From positions 1 to 61,516 of the forward strand of contig CAZHPW010000001.1 of NCBI GenBank assembly GCA_964534515.1: DNA of 61,516 nt, written 5' to 3'. The notes beneath the pieces are model-generated. The model was not told where the DNA came from and searched no databases. It saw only the letters and a program-made list of their open reading frames with translations. The position numbers and the translations under genes were made by a program. Position 1 is the stretch's first letter; each line of letters opens with the position of its first letter. Below are positions 25,456-34,943 of the stretch, in pieces. This DNA comes from an uncultured Christensenella sp. (lineage in GTDB: Bacteria; Bacillota; Clostridia; Christensenellales; Aristaeellaceae).

Positions 25456-25486
25456 GCCCGATTATACCATAAAAACGCCCGATTAT
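25456..25486. promoter_or_regulatory. Two perfect 10-bp direct repeats, 11-bp spacer: candidate LytTR operator
   Basis: GCCCGATTAT at 25456-25465 and again at 25477-25486, 21 bp start to start. Located in the divergent region between the LytTR regulator gene and the APC permease gene. Confidence 0.4.
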
Positions 25487-25625
25487 TCCGAACTTATGGA
25501 AGGCCCTGACAATACTCCGTATAGTACAAACGGTTTCAATCCGCGCGATGCCCATCGCAATTTGAGAGGCGCCGCGCGGGAATCAAAGGCACGGAAAGTG
25601 CCAAATATCGTTTGGAGGTGGCTGA

Positions 25626-27068
25626 ATGTCTCTACCCGAACAACAACCCCAAGCCAAGGGCGGCATGAAGAAGACCTTGACGCTGTTCAATTTCTTCACC
25701 ATCGGCTTTGGCGCAATCATCGGCACCGGCTGGGTCCTGCTGGTGGGTGACTGGATGATTCTGGGCGGCGGCCCGGTGGCTGCCATGATTGCCTTCCTCA
25801 TCGGCGCGCTCTTCCTCCTGCCCATCGGCGCGGTCTTTGGGGAACTGACCAGCGCCATCCCGATTTCGGGCGGTATTGTCGAATATGTCGACAGAACCTA
25901 TGGCCACAACATGTCCTATGTGACCGGCTGGTTCTTGGCCCTGGGCAACGCGATTTTGTGCCCCTGGGAAGCGATTGCCATTTCTACCCTGGTGTCTGAA
26001 ATGTTTGGCAGCATCCCGGGCCTTGAATGGCTGCGCGCGGTCAAACTGTATTCCATCCTGGGCGCTGACGTCTTCCTTTTCCCGACGCTCATCTCCCTCG
26101 CCATCGCGGCCTATGTGGTCTACCTCAACTTCCGCGGCGCCTCATCCGCCGCCAAACTGCAGGCCTTTTTGACCAAGGCGCTCCTGGGCGGCATGCTGCT
26201 GGCGATGATTATCTCATTTATTAAGGGCCGCCCCATGAACATCCTGCCCAGCTTTGAGCAGGTGCAGGGCCCCTTGACTCAAACCAAGGCAGGCAATATG
26301 TTTGCCGGCATTCTCTCGGTGCTGGTCATCACGCCCTTCTTCTACGCGGGCTTTGACACCATCCCACAGCAGGCTGAGGAGGCCGCTGAGGGCCTGGACT
26401 GGAAGAAGTTTGGCCGCATCATCAGCATGGCGCTGTTAGCCTCAGGCGCTTTCTACGTCATCTGCATCTACTCCTTTGGCACCATCATTCCCTGGACCGA
26501 CTTCATCAAGAGCGCCGTTCCCGCGCTGGCGGTTCTCAAAACCATCAACTCCATCCTTTATATCGTGATGCTGGTTATCGCCACCTTGGGGCCCATGGGG
26601 CCGATGAACTCTTTCTTCGGCGCATCCTCCCGCATCCTGCTGGCGATGGGCAGAAAGCATCAATTGCCGCCGTCCTTTGCCAAAATTGACGGCAAAACCG
26701 GCACCCCCATCGTGCCCAACATCATCATGGCGGCGCTCACCTTCATCGGGCCCTTCATGGGCAAAAAGATGCTGGTTCCCTTAACCGAAGTCTCCGCCCT
26801 GGCCTTTATCTTCGCCTGCACCATGGTCAGCCTGGCCTGCCTGAAGATGCGCAGAACCGAGCCTGACCTGCCCCGCCCCTACAAGGTGCCCGGCGGCAAG
26901 GTGGGCATCAGCCTGGCTGTTTTGGCCGGCGTGATTGTCATCCTGCTCCTGGTGGTGCCGGGCAGCCCCGCCGCGCTGACGGCAACCGGCTGGTATGTGG
27001 TGCTGGGCTGGATTGCCCTGGGCCTGATTCTGAAAGTGGCCAACAGCAGCATCCGAAAAAAGGCATAA
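25626..27068 (+). CDS. APC-superfamily amino-acid permease
   Basis: 480 aa, about 12 TM. N-terminal LTLFNFFTIGFGAIIGTGWVLL is typical of APC permeases. RBS GGAGGTGG. Confidence 0.9.
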   Translation: MSLPEQQPQAKGGMKKTLTLFNFFTIGFGAIIGTGWVLLVGDWMILGGGPVAAMIAFLIGALFLLPIGAVFGELTSAIPISGGIVEYVDRTYGHNMSYVTGWFLALGNAILCPWEAIAISTLVSEMFGSIPGLEWLRAVKLYSILGADVFLFPTLISLAIAAYVVYLNFRGASSAAKLQAFLTKALLGGMLLAMIISFIKGRPMNILPSFEQVQGPLTQTKAGNMFAGILSVLVITPFFYAGFDTIPQQAEEAAEGLDWKKFGRIISMALLASGAFYVICIYSFGTIIPWTDFIKSAVPALAVLKTINSILYIVMLVIATLGPMGPMNSFFGASSRILLAMGRKHQLPPSFAKIDGKTGTPIVPNIIMAALTFIGPFMGKKMLVPLTEVSALAFIFACTMVSLACLKMRRTEPDLPRPYKVPGGKVGISLAVLAGVIVILLLVVPGSPAALTATGWYVVLGWIALGLILKVANSSIRKKA

Positions 27069-27125
27069 ATCCAAAAACCTGACCAAACATGGCCGCAAGC
27101 CATGCAAATATGAACGGAGGAAAAC

Positions 27126-28373
27126 ATGAACAAGTACGCGATCACCCACGGCATCCTGATTGACGGCACGGGCAAAGAGCCGGTAAAAGACTCCCTGGTT
27201 CTGGTGGAAGACAAGAAAATCGTCTACGCCGGCCCCTACAAAGAGGTTGACGCTTCCTATGAGGTGTTGGACGCCACGGGCAAGACCGTGATGCCCGGCC
27301 TGATTGACACCCACCTGCATTTCTCCGGCAACCTGACAGATGATGACTCCGACTGGGTGTTGGAAGACCCCATCCAGAAGACTGTTGTCGCCGTGCAGCA
27401 GGCGCATGAGTGCTTAGAGAGCGGCCTGACCACCGTTGGTGAAATCTCCCGCTCCGGCCTGCAAATCCGCAACATGATTGAAGCGGGCGTCATGAAAGGC
27501 CCCCGCGTGGTCGGCACCGGTTTGGGCTTTTGCCGCACCTGCGGCCACGGCGACTCCCACAAACTGCCCTATTGGTACAACGAGCAGTCCCATCCCTGGG
27601 CTGAGCGTGTGGACGGGCCCTGGGAGCTGCGCCGCGCGGTTAGAAAGCGCTTGAGGGAGAGCCCGGACGCGATTAAAATCTGGTCCACCGGCGGCGGCAT
27701 CTGGCGCTGGGATCAGAAACTGGACCAGCACTACACCTTTGAAGAAATCAAAGCCGTTGTGGACGAGTGCAACATGGTGGGCATCCCAGTGTGGAGCCAT
27801 GCCGAGGGCTACGGCGGGGCGCTTGATTCCGCCAAGGCCGGCGTGCACCTCATCATCCACGGCCAGACCTTAAACGACGAGTGCCTGGACATCATGGCCG
27901 AGAAGAACATTTACTTCTGCCCCACCATCCAGTTCCTCAACGAGTGGTTCAAGACCTACACGCCGCCCTACATCCCCGAGGTGCATGACCAGTTCCCGGG
28001 CGACACCGTGGCCGAGAAAGAGCTCAACCGCGTGTACGGCAATCTGCGTAAAGCCGCTTCCAAGGGCATCGGGCTGACCATCGGGTCTGACTCCTTCTGC
28101 TCCAGCCTCACCCCCTACGGCGCGACCGCCATCGGCGAAATGTACTCCTTTGTGGAGAAGGCGCAGATTCCGGTGATGGACACCATCGTCGCCGCGACCA
28201 AAGTAGGCGCCGAAATGCTCAAGGTGGGCGACGTCACAGGCACGCTGGAAGCCGGCAAGTTCGCCGATCTCCTCGTCCTCTCCGCCAACCCCCTGGATGA
28301 CATCCGCAACGTCGCGGTGGACAAGATGGAAGTCATCATGAAGGAAGGCGACCTGGTCCGCAGGACGCTGTAA
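27126..28373 (+). CDS. Metal-dependent amidohydrolase-family hydrolase
   Basis: 415 aa. MPGLIDTHLHF (HxH metal motif) and a C-terminal GTLEAGKFADLLVL block typical of the amidohydrolase superfamily. Confidence 0.9.
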   Translation: MNKYAITHGILIDGTGKEPVKDSLVLVEDKKIVYAGPYKEVDASYEVLDATGKTVMPGLIDTHLHFSGNLTDDDSDWVLEDPIQKTVVAVQQAHECLESGLTTVGEISRSGLQIRNMIEAGVMKGPRVVGTGLGFCRTCGHGDSHKLPYWYNEQSHPWAERVDGPWELRRAVRKRLRESPDAIKIWSTGGGIWRWDQKLDQHYTFEEIKAVVDECNMVGIPVWSHAEGYGGALDSAKAGVHLIIHGQTLNDECLDIMAEKNIYFCPTIQFLNEWFKTYTPPYIPEVHDQFPGDTVAEKELNRVYGNLRKAASKGIGLTIGSDSFCSSLTPYGATAIGEMYSFVEKAQIPVMDTIVAATKVGAEMLKVGDVTGTLEAGKFADLLVLSANPLDDIRNVAVDKMEVIMKEGDLVRRTL

Positions 28374-28400
28374 TTCAACCGCATCCCCATCATCAAGTAA

Positions 28401-28430
28401 AAGCCGGGCTCCCATTCGGGAGCCCGGCTT
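28401..28430. terminator. Bidirectional terminator between convergent operons
   Basis: Perfect 13-bp stem AAGCCGGGCTCCC/GGGAGCCCGGCTT, 4-nt loop ATTC, A-rich upstream and T-rich downstream. Confidence 0.8.
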
Positions 28431-28459
28431 GGTTTATTTAGTCTATGCCATCCAGCCGC

Positions 28460-29545
28460 TCAATCGTCCATCTTGAGCAGGTGGACGCAGTCCGCGCCGA
28501 AGCTTAAGAAGGCGTCCTCCCCGGCTTTGAAGACCTGCTTGTTGATGGGGCAGTTGTCGTTGATTTTGACCAGGGTGTCCCCGACCATGACCTGGTAGTA
28601 CTGGTAGGCGCCCATGAAGACCGAGAGGGTGACCTTGCAGGGCAGGCTGCCCTTTTTGCCGATGATGCCGGCTTCAGGCCGCAGCAGCAGCTTGCAGTCC
28701 GTGCCCACCGGGATGTTGCCGAGGTTTAGGACCTTGGCGGGGTGGCCGTGGATGGTGATTGTGCTCTCGCCGTTTTCGGTGCTGACAACCTTGGCCGGGA
28801 GGAAGTTGGCCTCGCCGATGAAGTCGGCCACAAACTCGCTGTCCGGGTGGTAGTAGATGTTTTCCGGCGTGCCCATCTGAGCGATTACGCCCTTGTTCAT
28901 GATGATGATCTGGTCCGACAGGCTCATGGCCTCGGACTGGTCATGGGTGACATAGACAGCCGTGATGCCCAGCTTCTGCTGGATGCGGCGGATTTCGGTG
29001 CGCATGGTGACGCGCAGCTTGGCGTCCAGGTTGGACAGCGGCTCATCAAACAGCAGGACGCCGGGCTCTACCACCAAGGCGCGCGCCAGGGCGACGCGCT
29101 GCTGCTGGCCGCCGGAGAGCTGGTTGGTCATGCGGCTTTCCATGCCCTCCATCTCCACCAAATCCAGGATGTCCATGACCTTTTTATGGATGTCCTCTTT
29201 GCTCATCTTGCGCAGCTTGAGGCCGTAGGCCACGTTGTCAAAGACATTGTAATGCGGGAAGAGGGCGTAGCTCTGGAACACCATGGCGGTGTCGCGCTTG
29301 TTGGGGGTCAGCGCGTTGATGGGCTCACCGCCCAAATAGATTTCGCCCTCATCCGGGCTTTCAAAGCCCGCAATCATCCTTAGTGTGGTCGTTTTGCCGC
29401 AGCCGGAAGGACCAAGCAGGGTCACAAAGGCGCCGGGCTTGATGTCAATGGACACATCCTTGACCGCGTAAAAGGGCTTCTTGGTTTTGGGATCCTCATA
29501 AATCTTGGAAATGTTTTCCAGTTTAATTCCTTTTTTAGCCGACAT
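28460..29545 (-). CDS. ABC transporter ATP-binding protein (PotA/FbpC/ThiQ-like, with C-terminal TOBE-type domain)
   Basis: 361 aa. Walker A GPSGCGKTT, signature LSGGQQQRVALARAL, Walker B LLFDEPLS. Confidence 0.9.
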   Translation of the reverse strand: MSAKKGIKLENISKIYEDPKTKKPFYAVKDVSIDIKPGAFVTLLGPSGCGKTTTLRMIAGFESPDEGEIYLGGEPINALTPNKRDTAMVFQSYALFPHYNVFDNVAYGLKLRKMSKEDIHKKVMDILDLVEMEGMESRMTNQLSGGQQQRVALARALVVEPGVLLFDEPLSNLDAKLRVTMRTEIRRIQQKLGITAVYVTHDQSEAMSLSDQIIIMNKGVIAQMGTPENIYYHPDSEFVADFIGEANFLPAKVVSTENGESTITIHGHPAKVLNLGNIPVGTDCKLLLRPEAGIIGKKGSLPCKVTLSVFMGAYQYYQVMVGDTLVKINDNCPINKQVFKAGEDAFLSFGADCVHLLKMDD

Positions 29546-31493
29546 TTGCGTTTGTCTCCCTTACTTGCCTGGATGTGCCGAAGTACTTGATAAAGAGGTT
29601 CATCAGAAGGATGCTGGCGTAGACGATGGCAATCAGGATGGTCGCGTACGCGCAGGCGATGCCGTAGCTGCCCTTCTCGGCGAACTCGTTGATGCGGGTG
29701 GTAATTAACAGGTACCTGGGCGTTACCAAGAGAATGATGGCCGAGATGGCCGTGATGGAGCGGACAAAAGTGGTGACCAGGCCCGAGAAAAAGCTTTCTT
29801 TAATCAGCGGCAGGGTGACCGACATGAAGACCTTGCCCGAACCCGCGCCCAGGTCATAGGCACTTTCCTCAATGGAGGGGTGAATTTGCCGCAGGGCCGA
29901 GATGCCCGAGCGCGTGCCCACCGGCAGGGAGCGCACCACAAAGACGATGACCAGGATGGCACCGGTGCCGTAGATGCCCTGCAGGAAGCCGGAGCGGAAG
30001 ACGCCGCCGGCAAAGCCGCGGATGAAGCCCACGCCCAGGACCGTGCCGGGCACGGCCATGGCCAGGATGGACACAAACTCGATGAAGCCGCGCCCGTAGA
30101 ACTTCTTTTTGACCACCAGGTAGCTGATTATCATCGACAAAAGCGCCGTGATAGGCGAGGCGATGAGGCTTAGGACAAAGGAGTCCTTGAAGGCCTTGAA
30201 GCCATCCTGCTTGATGAGGGCCTCATACCACCTAAAGGACAGGGAGTAATCCCGGCCCCAGAGGCGGAAGAGGGAGCCAAAGGGGATGGCCACATACATC
30301 ATGATGACAAAGACGGACACCAAAAAGCACAGGATGGTGAGCGGCCGGGTGACGCTTTTTTCCGTAATGGGCATGCGCATGCGCGAAGCCTTGCCGGTGA
30401 GCGTGGCCGCGGTCTTGGCCTCCAGATAATACTTCTGCACCAGGAAGAGGAAGATGGTCAAGCTCAAGAGCACCACCGCCATCGCCGCCGCGCCCTGGGT
30501 ATCATAGGTGCCGCCCGTGATGCGCAGGTAGATGGTGGTCGCCAGGGTGTCATAGCTGCCGCCGATGAGCATGGGGTTGGCAAAGTCCGCCACCGACTCA
30601 ATGAAGGTGACCAGGAAGGCATTGCCCAGGCCGGGCAGCATCAGGGGCAGGGTGACCGTGCGGAATACCGTCCACCGGCTGGCGCCCATGTCCCGGGAGG
30701 CCTCCTCCATGGACGGGTCAATGTTTTTCAACAAGCCCTTGAGCATCAAGTAGCACACCGGGAAGAAGGTCAATATCTGCACAATGGCGATGCCAGAGAG
30801 GCCATAGACATCCGAATCATAGATGCCCAGCAGCTTCCTGGTGATAAGGCCCGATTTGCCAAACAGCAAAATCATGGACAGGCTCAATACAAAGGGCGGG
30901 GAGACCACCGGCAGCATGCTGACGATGTCAAACAGCTTTTTCAAAATCCGGTTTTTAACCCTGACGTAGGTGTCCACATAGGCAAATAACAAGCCCAACA
31001 GGGTGGAGCCGATGCCCGTGATGAGGCCCAGCCAGAGGGTGTTGGTGAAGGCGCGCTTGAAGGTGTAGTCGCCGAAAATATGCGGGAAGGACTGGAAGGA
31101 GAGCAGGCCCTCGTCCTTGTTGTACACCGCGACCGCCGTGTCAGAAAGCCCCTCATGCAATACGCCCGCCATGTAGGTGGTGGAGGCCGTCTGCCCCAAT
31201 TCCTCAATCACGGACAGGCCTTCAACAGAGGGTACTTCCAGCACCGGGCGGTGGCTGATGCTCAATTGACGGACACTTTCGCCCTCCTGCTCAAAATAGG
31301 CCTGGACCGCTTCGGGCGTTTCCTTTACGGTGTACACCTTGTAGGAGCTGGGCGTATAAACCGAGTCCGCCATGAGCATGCCCAGCGGGTAGAGGATGAA
31401 CAGGGCAAGGAACACCACCAAAAGCAAAATCACCGTCACCATCAATGGATCGGCAAAAAACTTCCGGCGCTCCAGGGACGCGCTTTGACGCAT
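29535..31493 (-). CDS. Fused two-module ABC permease (FbpB/ThiP-type)
   Basis: ORF trimmed to ATG 31493 (GGGAGGG upstream). Two EAA loops: EEASRDMGASRWTVFRTVTLPLM and EESAYDLGAGSGKVFMSVTLPLI. Confidence 0.9.
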   Translation of the reverse strand: MRQSASLERRKFFADPLMVTVILLLVVFLALFILYPLGMLMADSVYTPSSYKVYTVKETPEAVQAYFEQEGESVRQLSISHRPVLEVPSVEGLSVIEELGQTASTTYMAGVLHEGLSDTAVAVYNKDEGLLSFQSFPHIFGDYTFKRAFTNTLWLGLITGIGSTLLGLLFAYVDTYVRVKNRILKKLFDIVSMLPVVSPPFVLSLSMILLFGKSGLITRKLLGIYDSDVYGLSGIAIVQILTFFPVCYLMLKGLLKNIDPSMEEASRDMGASRWTVFRTVTLPLMLPGLGNAFLVTFIESVADFANPMLIGGSYDTLATTIYLRITGGTYDTQGAAAMAVVLLSLTIFLFLVQKYYLEAKTAATLTGKASRMRMPITEKSVTRPLTILCFLVSVFVIMMYVAIPFGSLFRLWGRDYSLSFRWYEALIKQDGFKAFKDSFVLSLIASPITALLSMIISYLVVKKKFYGRGFIEFVSILAMAVPGTVLGVGFIRGFAGGVFRSGFLQGIYGTGAILVIVFVVRSLPVGTRSGISALRQIHPSIEESAYDLGAGSGKVFMSVTLPLIKESFFSGLVTTFVRSITAISAIILLVTPRYLLITTRINEFAEKGSYGIACAYATILIAIVYASILLMNLFIKYFGTSRQVRETNANVG

Positions 31494-31613
31494 AAGGAGC
31501 CCTCCCTTAATAAAATGAAGGCCGGGGACGGGGCTGCCCATCCCCGGCATAGGTCGCTAAGCCAAAGGAGTCAAAAAAGCCGGAGACAGACAAGTCTGTC
31601 CCCGGTTTGTCAG

Positions 31614-32696
31614 TTATTCGGTCTTGAAGCGGTCATCAGCGGACGCGCCGATGGCGTCAAAGTAGTCCTTGACATAGTTGGAGGTGTTTTTCTTGGCGTC
31701 CTCAAAGTCATAGTTGATGACGTTTTCGGGGTCCAGACCAAAGTCAATCGCCTGCTGGGGCTGGGTGGCGTTCTTGAGCACCAGGAACTGATAGGCCTCA
31801 TGGTCCTTGGCGATGTCAACGGCGGCGGGGGTCAAGCAGTACTCAACCCACAGTTTGGCGGCGTTGGGGTGCTTGGCACCCTTGAAGATGGCGGTGGCGC
31901 CGATTTCGTAGCTCGTGCCTTCCTTGGGGATGACCAGCTTGATGTTGTCATAGCCGGCCAGAATCTGGGTGATGCCGTCATGCAGGAAGCCGATGCCAAT
32001 GACGCACTCGCCGATGCCGACCTTCTTGGAGGGGCCGGAGCCGGACTTGGTGTACTGGGCGACGTTCTTGTCCAGTTCAACAAAGTACTTCATCGCTTCG
32101 TCATGACCCTTCATCTGCACCATGGTGTTGATGATGAGTTTGGCGGTGCCGGCGGTGTTGGGGTTGGACATCCAGATGAGGCCTTTGTACTCGGGCTTCA
32201 GAAGGTCATCCCAGCCCTCGGGCAAGGGCAGGCCCAGGCGGTCCAGCTCCTCGGTGTTAACCATGAAGCCCAGGATGCCCTTGTAGATGCCGTACCACTG
32301 GCCGTCCTTGTCGCGGTAGGTATCGCCGATGAGGTTGACGGCGTTCTTGGCCTCATAGGGCTCAAGCCAGCCGGCCGCGGCGGTCTCGTTGTAGGGATCA
32401 GTGGTGCCGCCAAACCAGACGTCGGCGGAGGGGTTGCCCTTTTCCTCGGTAATCTTGGCCTGGACCTCGCCGGTGGACAGGCGGGTGTAGTACACCTTGA
32501 TGCCGTAGATGTCTTCAAAGTTCTTGGCGACCGCGGCCACGTGCGCTTCCTCAGAAGAGCCGTAGATAATGATTTCGCCTTCGGCCTTGGCTGCCGCGAT
32601 CAGCTCCTCCATGTAGGCGTCGTTCTCGGCGGAGACCGGAACAAACAGACCCAACAGCAGGGTGAGCGCGAGCAGGTACACAAACAGTTTTTTCAT
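31614..32696 (-). CDS. ABC substrate-binding protein, Fe(III)/thiamine/polyamine-type
   Basis: 360 aa, signal peptide MKKLFVYLLALTLLLGLFVPVSA. Pattern EGEIIIYGSS...DVWFGG typical of this SBP class. Ligand not assignable. Confidence 0.85.
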   Translation of the reverse strand: MKKLFVYLLALTLLLGLFVPVSAENDAYMEELIAAAKAEGEIIIYGSSEEAHVAAVAKNFEDIYGIKVYYTRLSTGEVQAKITEEKGNPSADVWFGGTTDPYNETAAAGWLEPYEAKNAVNLIGDTYRDKDGQWYGIYKGILGFMVNTEELDRLGLPLPEGWDDLLKPEYKGLIWMSNPNTAGTAKLIINTMVQMKGHDEAMKYFVELDKNVAQYTKSGSGPSKKVGIGECVIGIGFLHDGITQILAGYDNIKLVIPKEGTSYEIGATAIFKGAKHPNAAKLWVEYCLTPAAVDIAKDHEAYQFLVLKNATQPQQAIDFGLDPENVINYDFEDAKKNTSNYVKDYFDAIGASADDRFKTE

Positions 32697-32734
32697 ACGA
32701 GTGTTTCCTTTCCTTTATTCAAATGGGTGACTTC

Positions 32735-32763
32735 ATTCTATGTACACAGGCCCTGGCTGTCAA
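32735..32763 (-). promoter_or_regulatory. Promoter of the Fe(III)/thiamine-type ABC operon
   Basis: Minus strand TTGACA (32763-32758), 17-nt spacer, TAGAAT (32740-32735). This leaves only a ~30-nt leader. Confidence 0.55.
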
Positions 32764-32989
32764 GTAAAGGTCGTGTCAAATCAACCTTATTTGTACAATT
32801 CATACAACATGTGGGATTTGTGTCATAATTTTCCATCTTGTGCAAGTTTATAGCTTGTGGTATCGTAAATTTAAAGAACAGAATCCAGACAGAAAACCAG
32901 GGTCATTCCCGGTAATCCTTGTTTGCCGCCCAAAAGAAATCTTGGTTCGTGATATCGGACCTTGAAAAATAAATGGAGGTATTTCAAGC

Positions 32990-34861
32990 ATGAGAAAACT
33001 TCTGGCTCTCCTCCTGATCGCCTGCATGATGCTGCCCGCGGGGCTGGCGTTTGCCGGTGAGACGACCGTTGTGGGCACCCCCCGCAGCGAAACCCTGATT
33101 GTCGAGATGCAAAACCCGACTCAGACAGCAGGGCAATTCAACCCCATGATGCAGGGCACCAACATGGGCACCGGCATCCAGCAGCTGCTGTGGGGCAACC
33201 TCTATGAAATTGACACCGTCAAGGGCGAACAGTTCCCCTCCCTGGCGGAATCCTTCCCCGAGTCCAATGAGGACTTCACCGAGCACATCATCAAAATCCG
33301 CAAGGGCATCAAGTGGTCCGACGGCGTGGATTTCTCCGCCAAGGACGTCCACTACACCATGAACCTGATGCTCACCAACCCCGACGCCCCCTCCAACGGC
33401 TATTATCAGCAGATTTTCTCCTCCATCGAACTGGTGGATGATTACACCATCAAAATCGTCACCAAGGAAAGCTTCCCGCTGCTGGCGGAATCCATTGGCG
33501 TTCTGATTTGGGGCAATGACCTGCGCGTCGTGCCGGAGCATATTTATTCCAAGCAGGAAAACCCCGTCACCTTCAAGGACAGCAACCCTGTTGTCACCGG
33601 TCCTTATACCGTTAAACAGTTTGACGAGCTGGGCAACTGGATTTATTACGAGCTGCGCGAGGACGCCCAGTTCTCCGACGTGGGCGTGGTCACCGGCACC
33701 GTGCCTAAGGCCAAGCACGTCCTCTTCCAGACCTTTGGCGATGACGCCACAAGGACCATGACCATGATTTCCAACAATGTTGACATCATGGTGGAAGTCA
33801 GCCCCGAAAACTGGGAAGTCATGCAGTCCAACCCCAAGGCCGCCATGTGGTATCCGGAATACCCCTACGCGCTGTTTGATGACCCCTGCTCCAAGGGCAT
33901 TGCCATCAACTGCGCCAAAGCGCCCTTCTCCGACCCGAACTTCCGCTGGGGCCTGGCGCTGGCCATGGACTTTAAAGAAGTGTCCATGAACATCTTCAAC
34001 GGCGCCGGCCGCGCCTCTATCCTCCAGATTCCCGCCACCGCCTCCATGCAGGAGCTCTACTACAAGCCCATGGAAGAATGGCTGGAGAACTTTGAACTGG
34101 AAGACGGCTACAAGCCCTACAACACCAACTACGCCCGTGAAATGGCCGAAATCCTGAGCGCTCAGGGCATCCAGATGCCCGATGACGACGCGCTGCTGGA
34201 TGACATGTTCGGCGTGGGCGCCTGGAAATATGACCCCGAGCAGGCGACCAAACTGTTCCAGAAAGCCGGCCTTGAACTCAAGGATGGCAAATGGTTCTAC
34301 GAAGGCCAGCCCTTCTCTTTCACCTGCAACATCTTGGCTGACACCGAAGCCCAGGCCGGCCGCGGCGGCGAAGCCGCTGTTGACCAGTGGGTCAAGTTCG
34401 GTCTGGACGTCACCCCGGTCAAGATGACCCATACCAACTTCACCAACGCCGAATCCCTGGGTGAGTTTGACGTGGGCGCCTACTGGCCCTCCTGCGCCAT
34501 CATCCGCAACCTGTACCGCCAGATCAACGGCTGGGACGGCACCCTCATCAAGCCCATCGGCGAAAGGTCCTCCGGCGGCAACGGCGAGCGCCTCAACAGC
34601 CCGGAACTGACCGCCAAAATCCATGAGCTAGCCAAGGTTTCCTCTCAGGATGAGCGTTCCTACGAACTGTCCACCGACATCCTCAAGATTTTCGTCCAGG
34701 AAATGCCCTTCATCGGCTTCCACTCCGGTACCAAGTTCGTGCCCACCAACAACACCTACTGGACCAACTACCCCACCAGCGAAAACCCCTACAACGGCCC
34801 CTGGTGGTGGTGGAGCGCGTTTAAGTACATCCTGCCGCACATTGAACCTGTTGCCCAATAA
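32990..34861 (+). CDS. Family-5 (peptide/nickel/opine-type) ABC substrate-binding protein
   Basis: 623 aa, signal peptide MRKLLALLLIACMMLPAGLAFA, large SBP_bac_5-like body. Confidence 0.9.
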   Translation: MRKLLALLLIACMMLPAGLAFAGETTVVGTPRSETLIVEMQNPTQTAGQFNPMMQGTNMGTGIQQLLWGNLYEIDTVKGEQFPSLAESFPESNEDFTEHIIKIRKGIKWSDGVDFSAKDVHYTMNLMLTNPDAPSNGYYQQIFSSIELVDDYTIKIVTKESFPLLAESIGVLIWGNDLRVVPEHIYSKQENPVTFKDSNPVVTGPYTVKQFDELGNWIYYELREDAQFSDVGVVTGTVPKAKHVLFQTFGDDATRTMTMISNNVDIMVEVSPENWEVMQSNPKAAMWYPEYPYALFDDPCSKGIAINCAKAPFSDPNFRWGLALAMDFKEVSMNIFNGAGRASILQIPATASMQELYYKPMEEWLENFELEDGYKPYNTNYAREMAEILSAQGIQMPDDDALLDDMFGVGAWKYDPEQATKLFQKAGLELKDGKWFYEGQPFSFTCNILADTEAQAGRGGEAAVDQWVKFGLDVTPVKMTHTNFTNAESLGEFDVGAYWPSCAIIRNLYRQINGWDGTLIKPIGERSSGGNGERLNSPELTAKIHELAKVSSQDERSYELSTDILKIFVQEMPFIGFHSGTKFVPTNNTYWTNYPTSENPYNGPWWWWSAFKYILPHIEPVAQ

Positions 34862-34877
34862 GGCTTAAACACAATGG

Positions 34878-34908
34878 GCAGTCCCTGCCTGCCAGGCAGG
34901 GACTGCCT
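34878..34908 (+). terminator. Intra-operon stem-loop after the SBP gene (attenuator/stabiliser rather than full terminator)
   Basis: Perfect 13-bp stem GGCAGTCCCTGCC/GGCAGGGACTGCC, 5-nt loop, no clear T-run. Confidence 0.5.
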
Positions 34909-34943
34909 TCCCCATTATTAAAGCTTAGGAAGTAGGGTCCGCA

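Noticed and set aside
25421-25750. 109-aa plus-strand ORF next to the LytTR system, considered as a possible autoinducing-peptide precursor
   Set aside because: It overlaps the start of the APC permease gene in another frame, lacks an RBS, and does not resemble AgrD or double-glycine leader peptides. No agrB-like gene is present.
32697-32763. Possible TPP riboswitch upstream of the ThiB/FbpA-like ABC operon
   Set aside because: A strong TTGACA-17-TAGAAT promoter leaves only a ~30-nt leader, which is too short for a riboswitch. No CTGAGA/thi-box core was seen.
31080-32828. 582-aa plus-strand ORF covering the permease/SBP genes of the Fe(III)/thiamine-type ABC operon
   Set aside because: It is antisense to two well-supported genes and the protein is low-complexity Gly/Val/Ala/Asp/His-rich, with no motifs and no RBS. 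It is a typical shadow ORF in GC-rich DNA. The same reasoning applies to 32984-34624(-), 19924-21183(+), 40551-41786(+), 48488-49579(-), 46870-47628(-), 24681-25424(+), 4517-5278(-), 14282-15190(+), 21562-22419(+) and 42541-43320(-).
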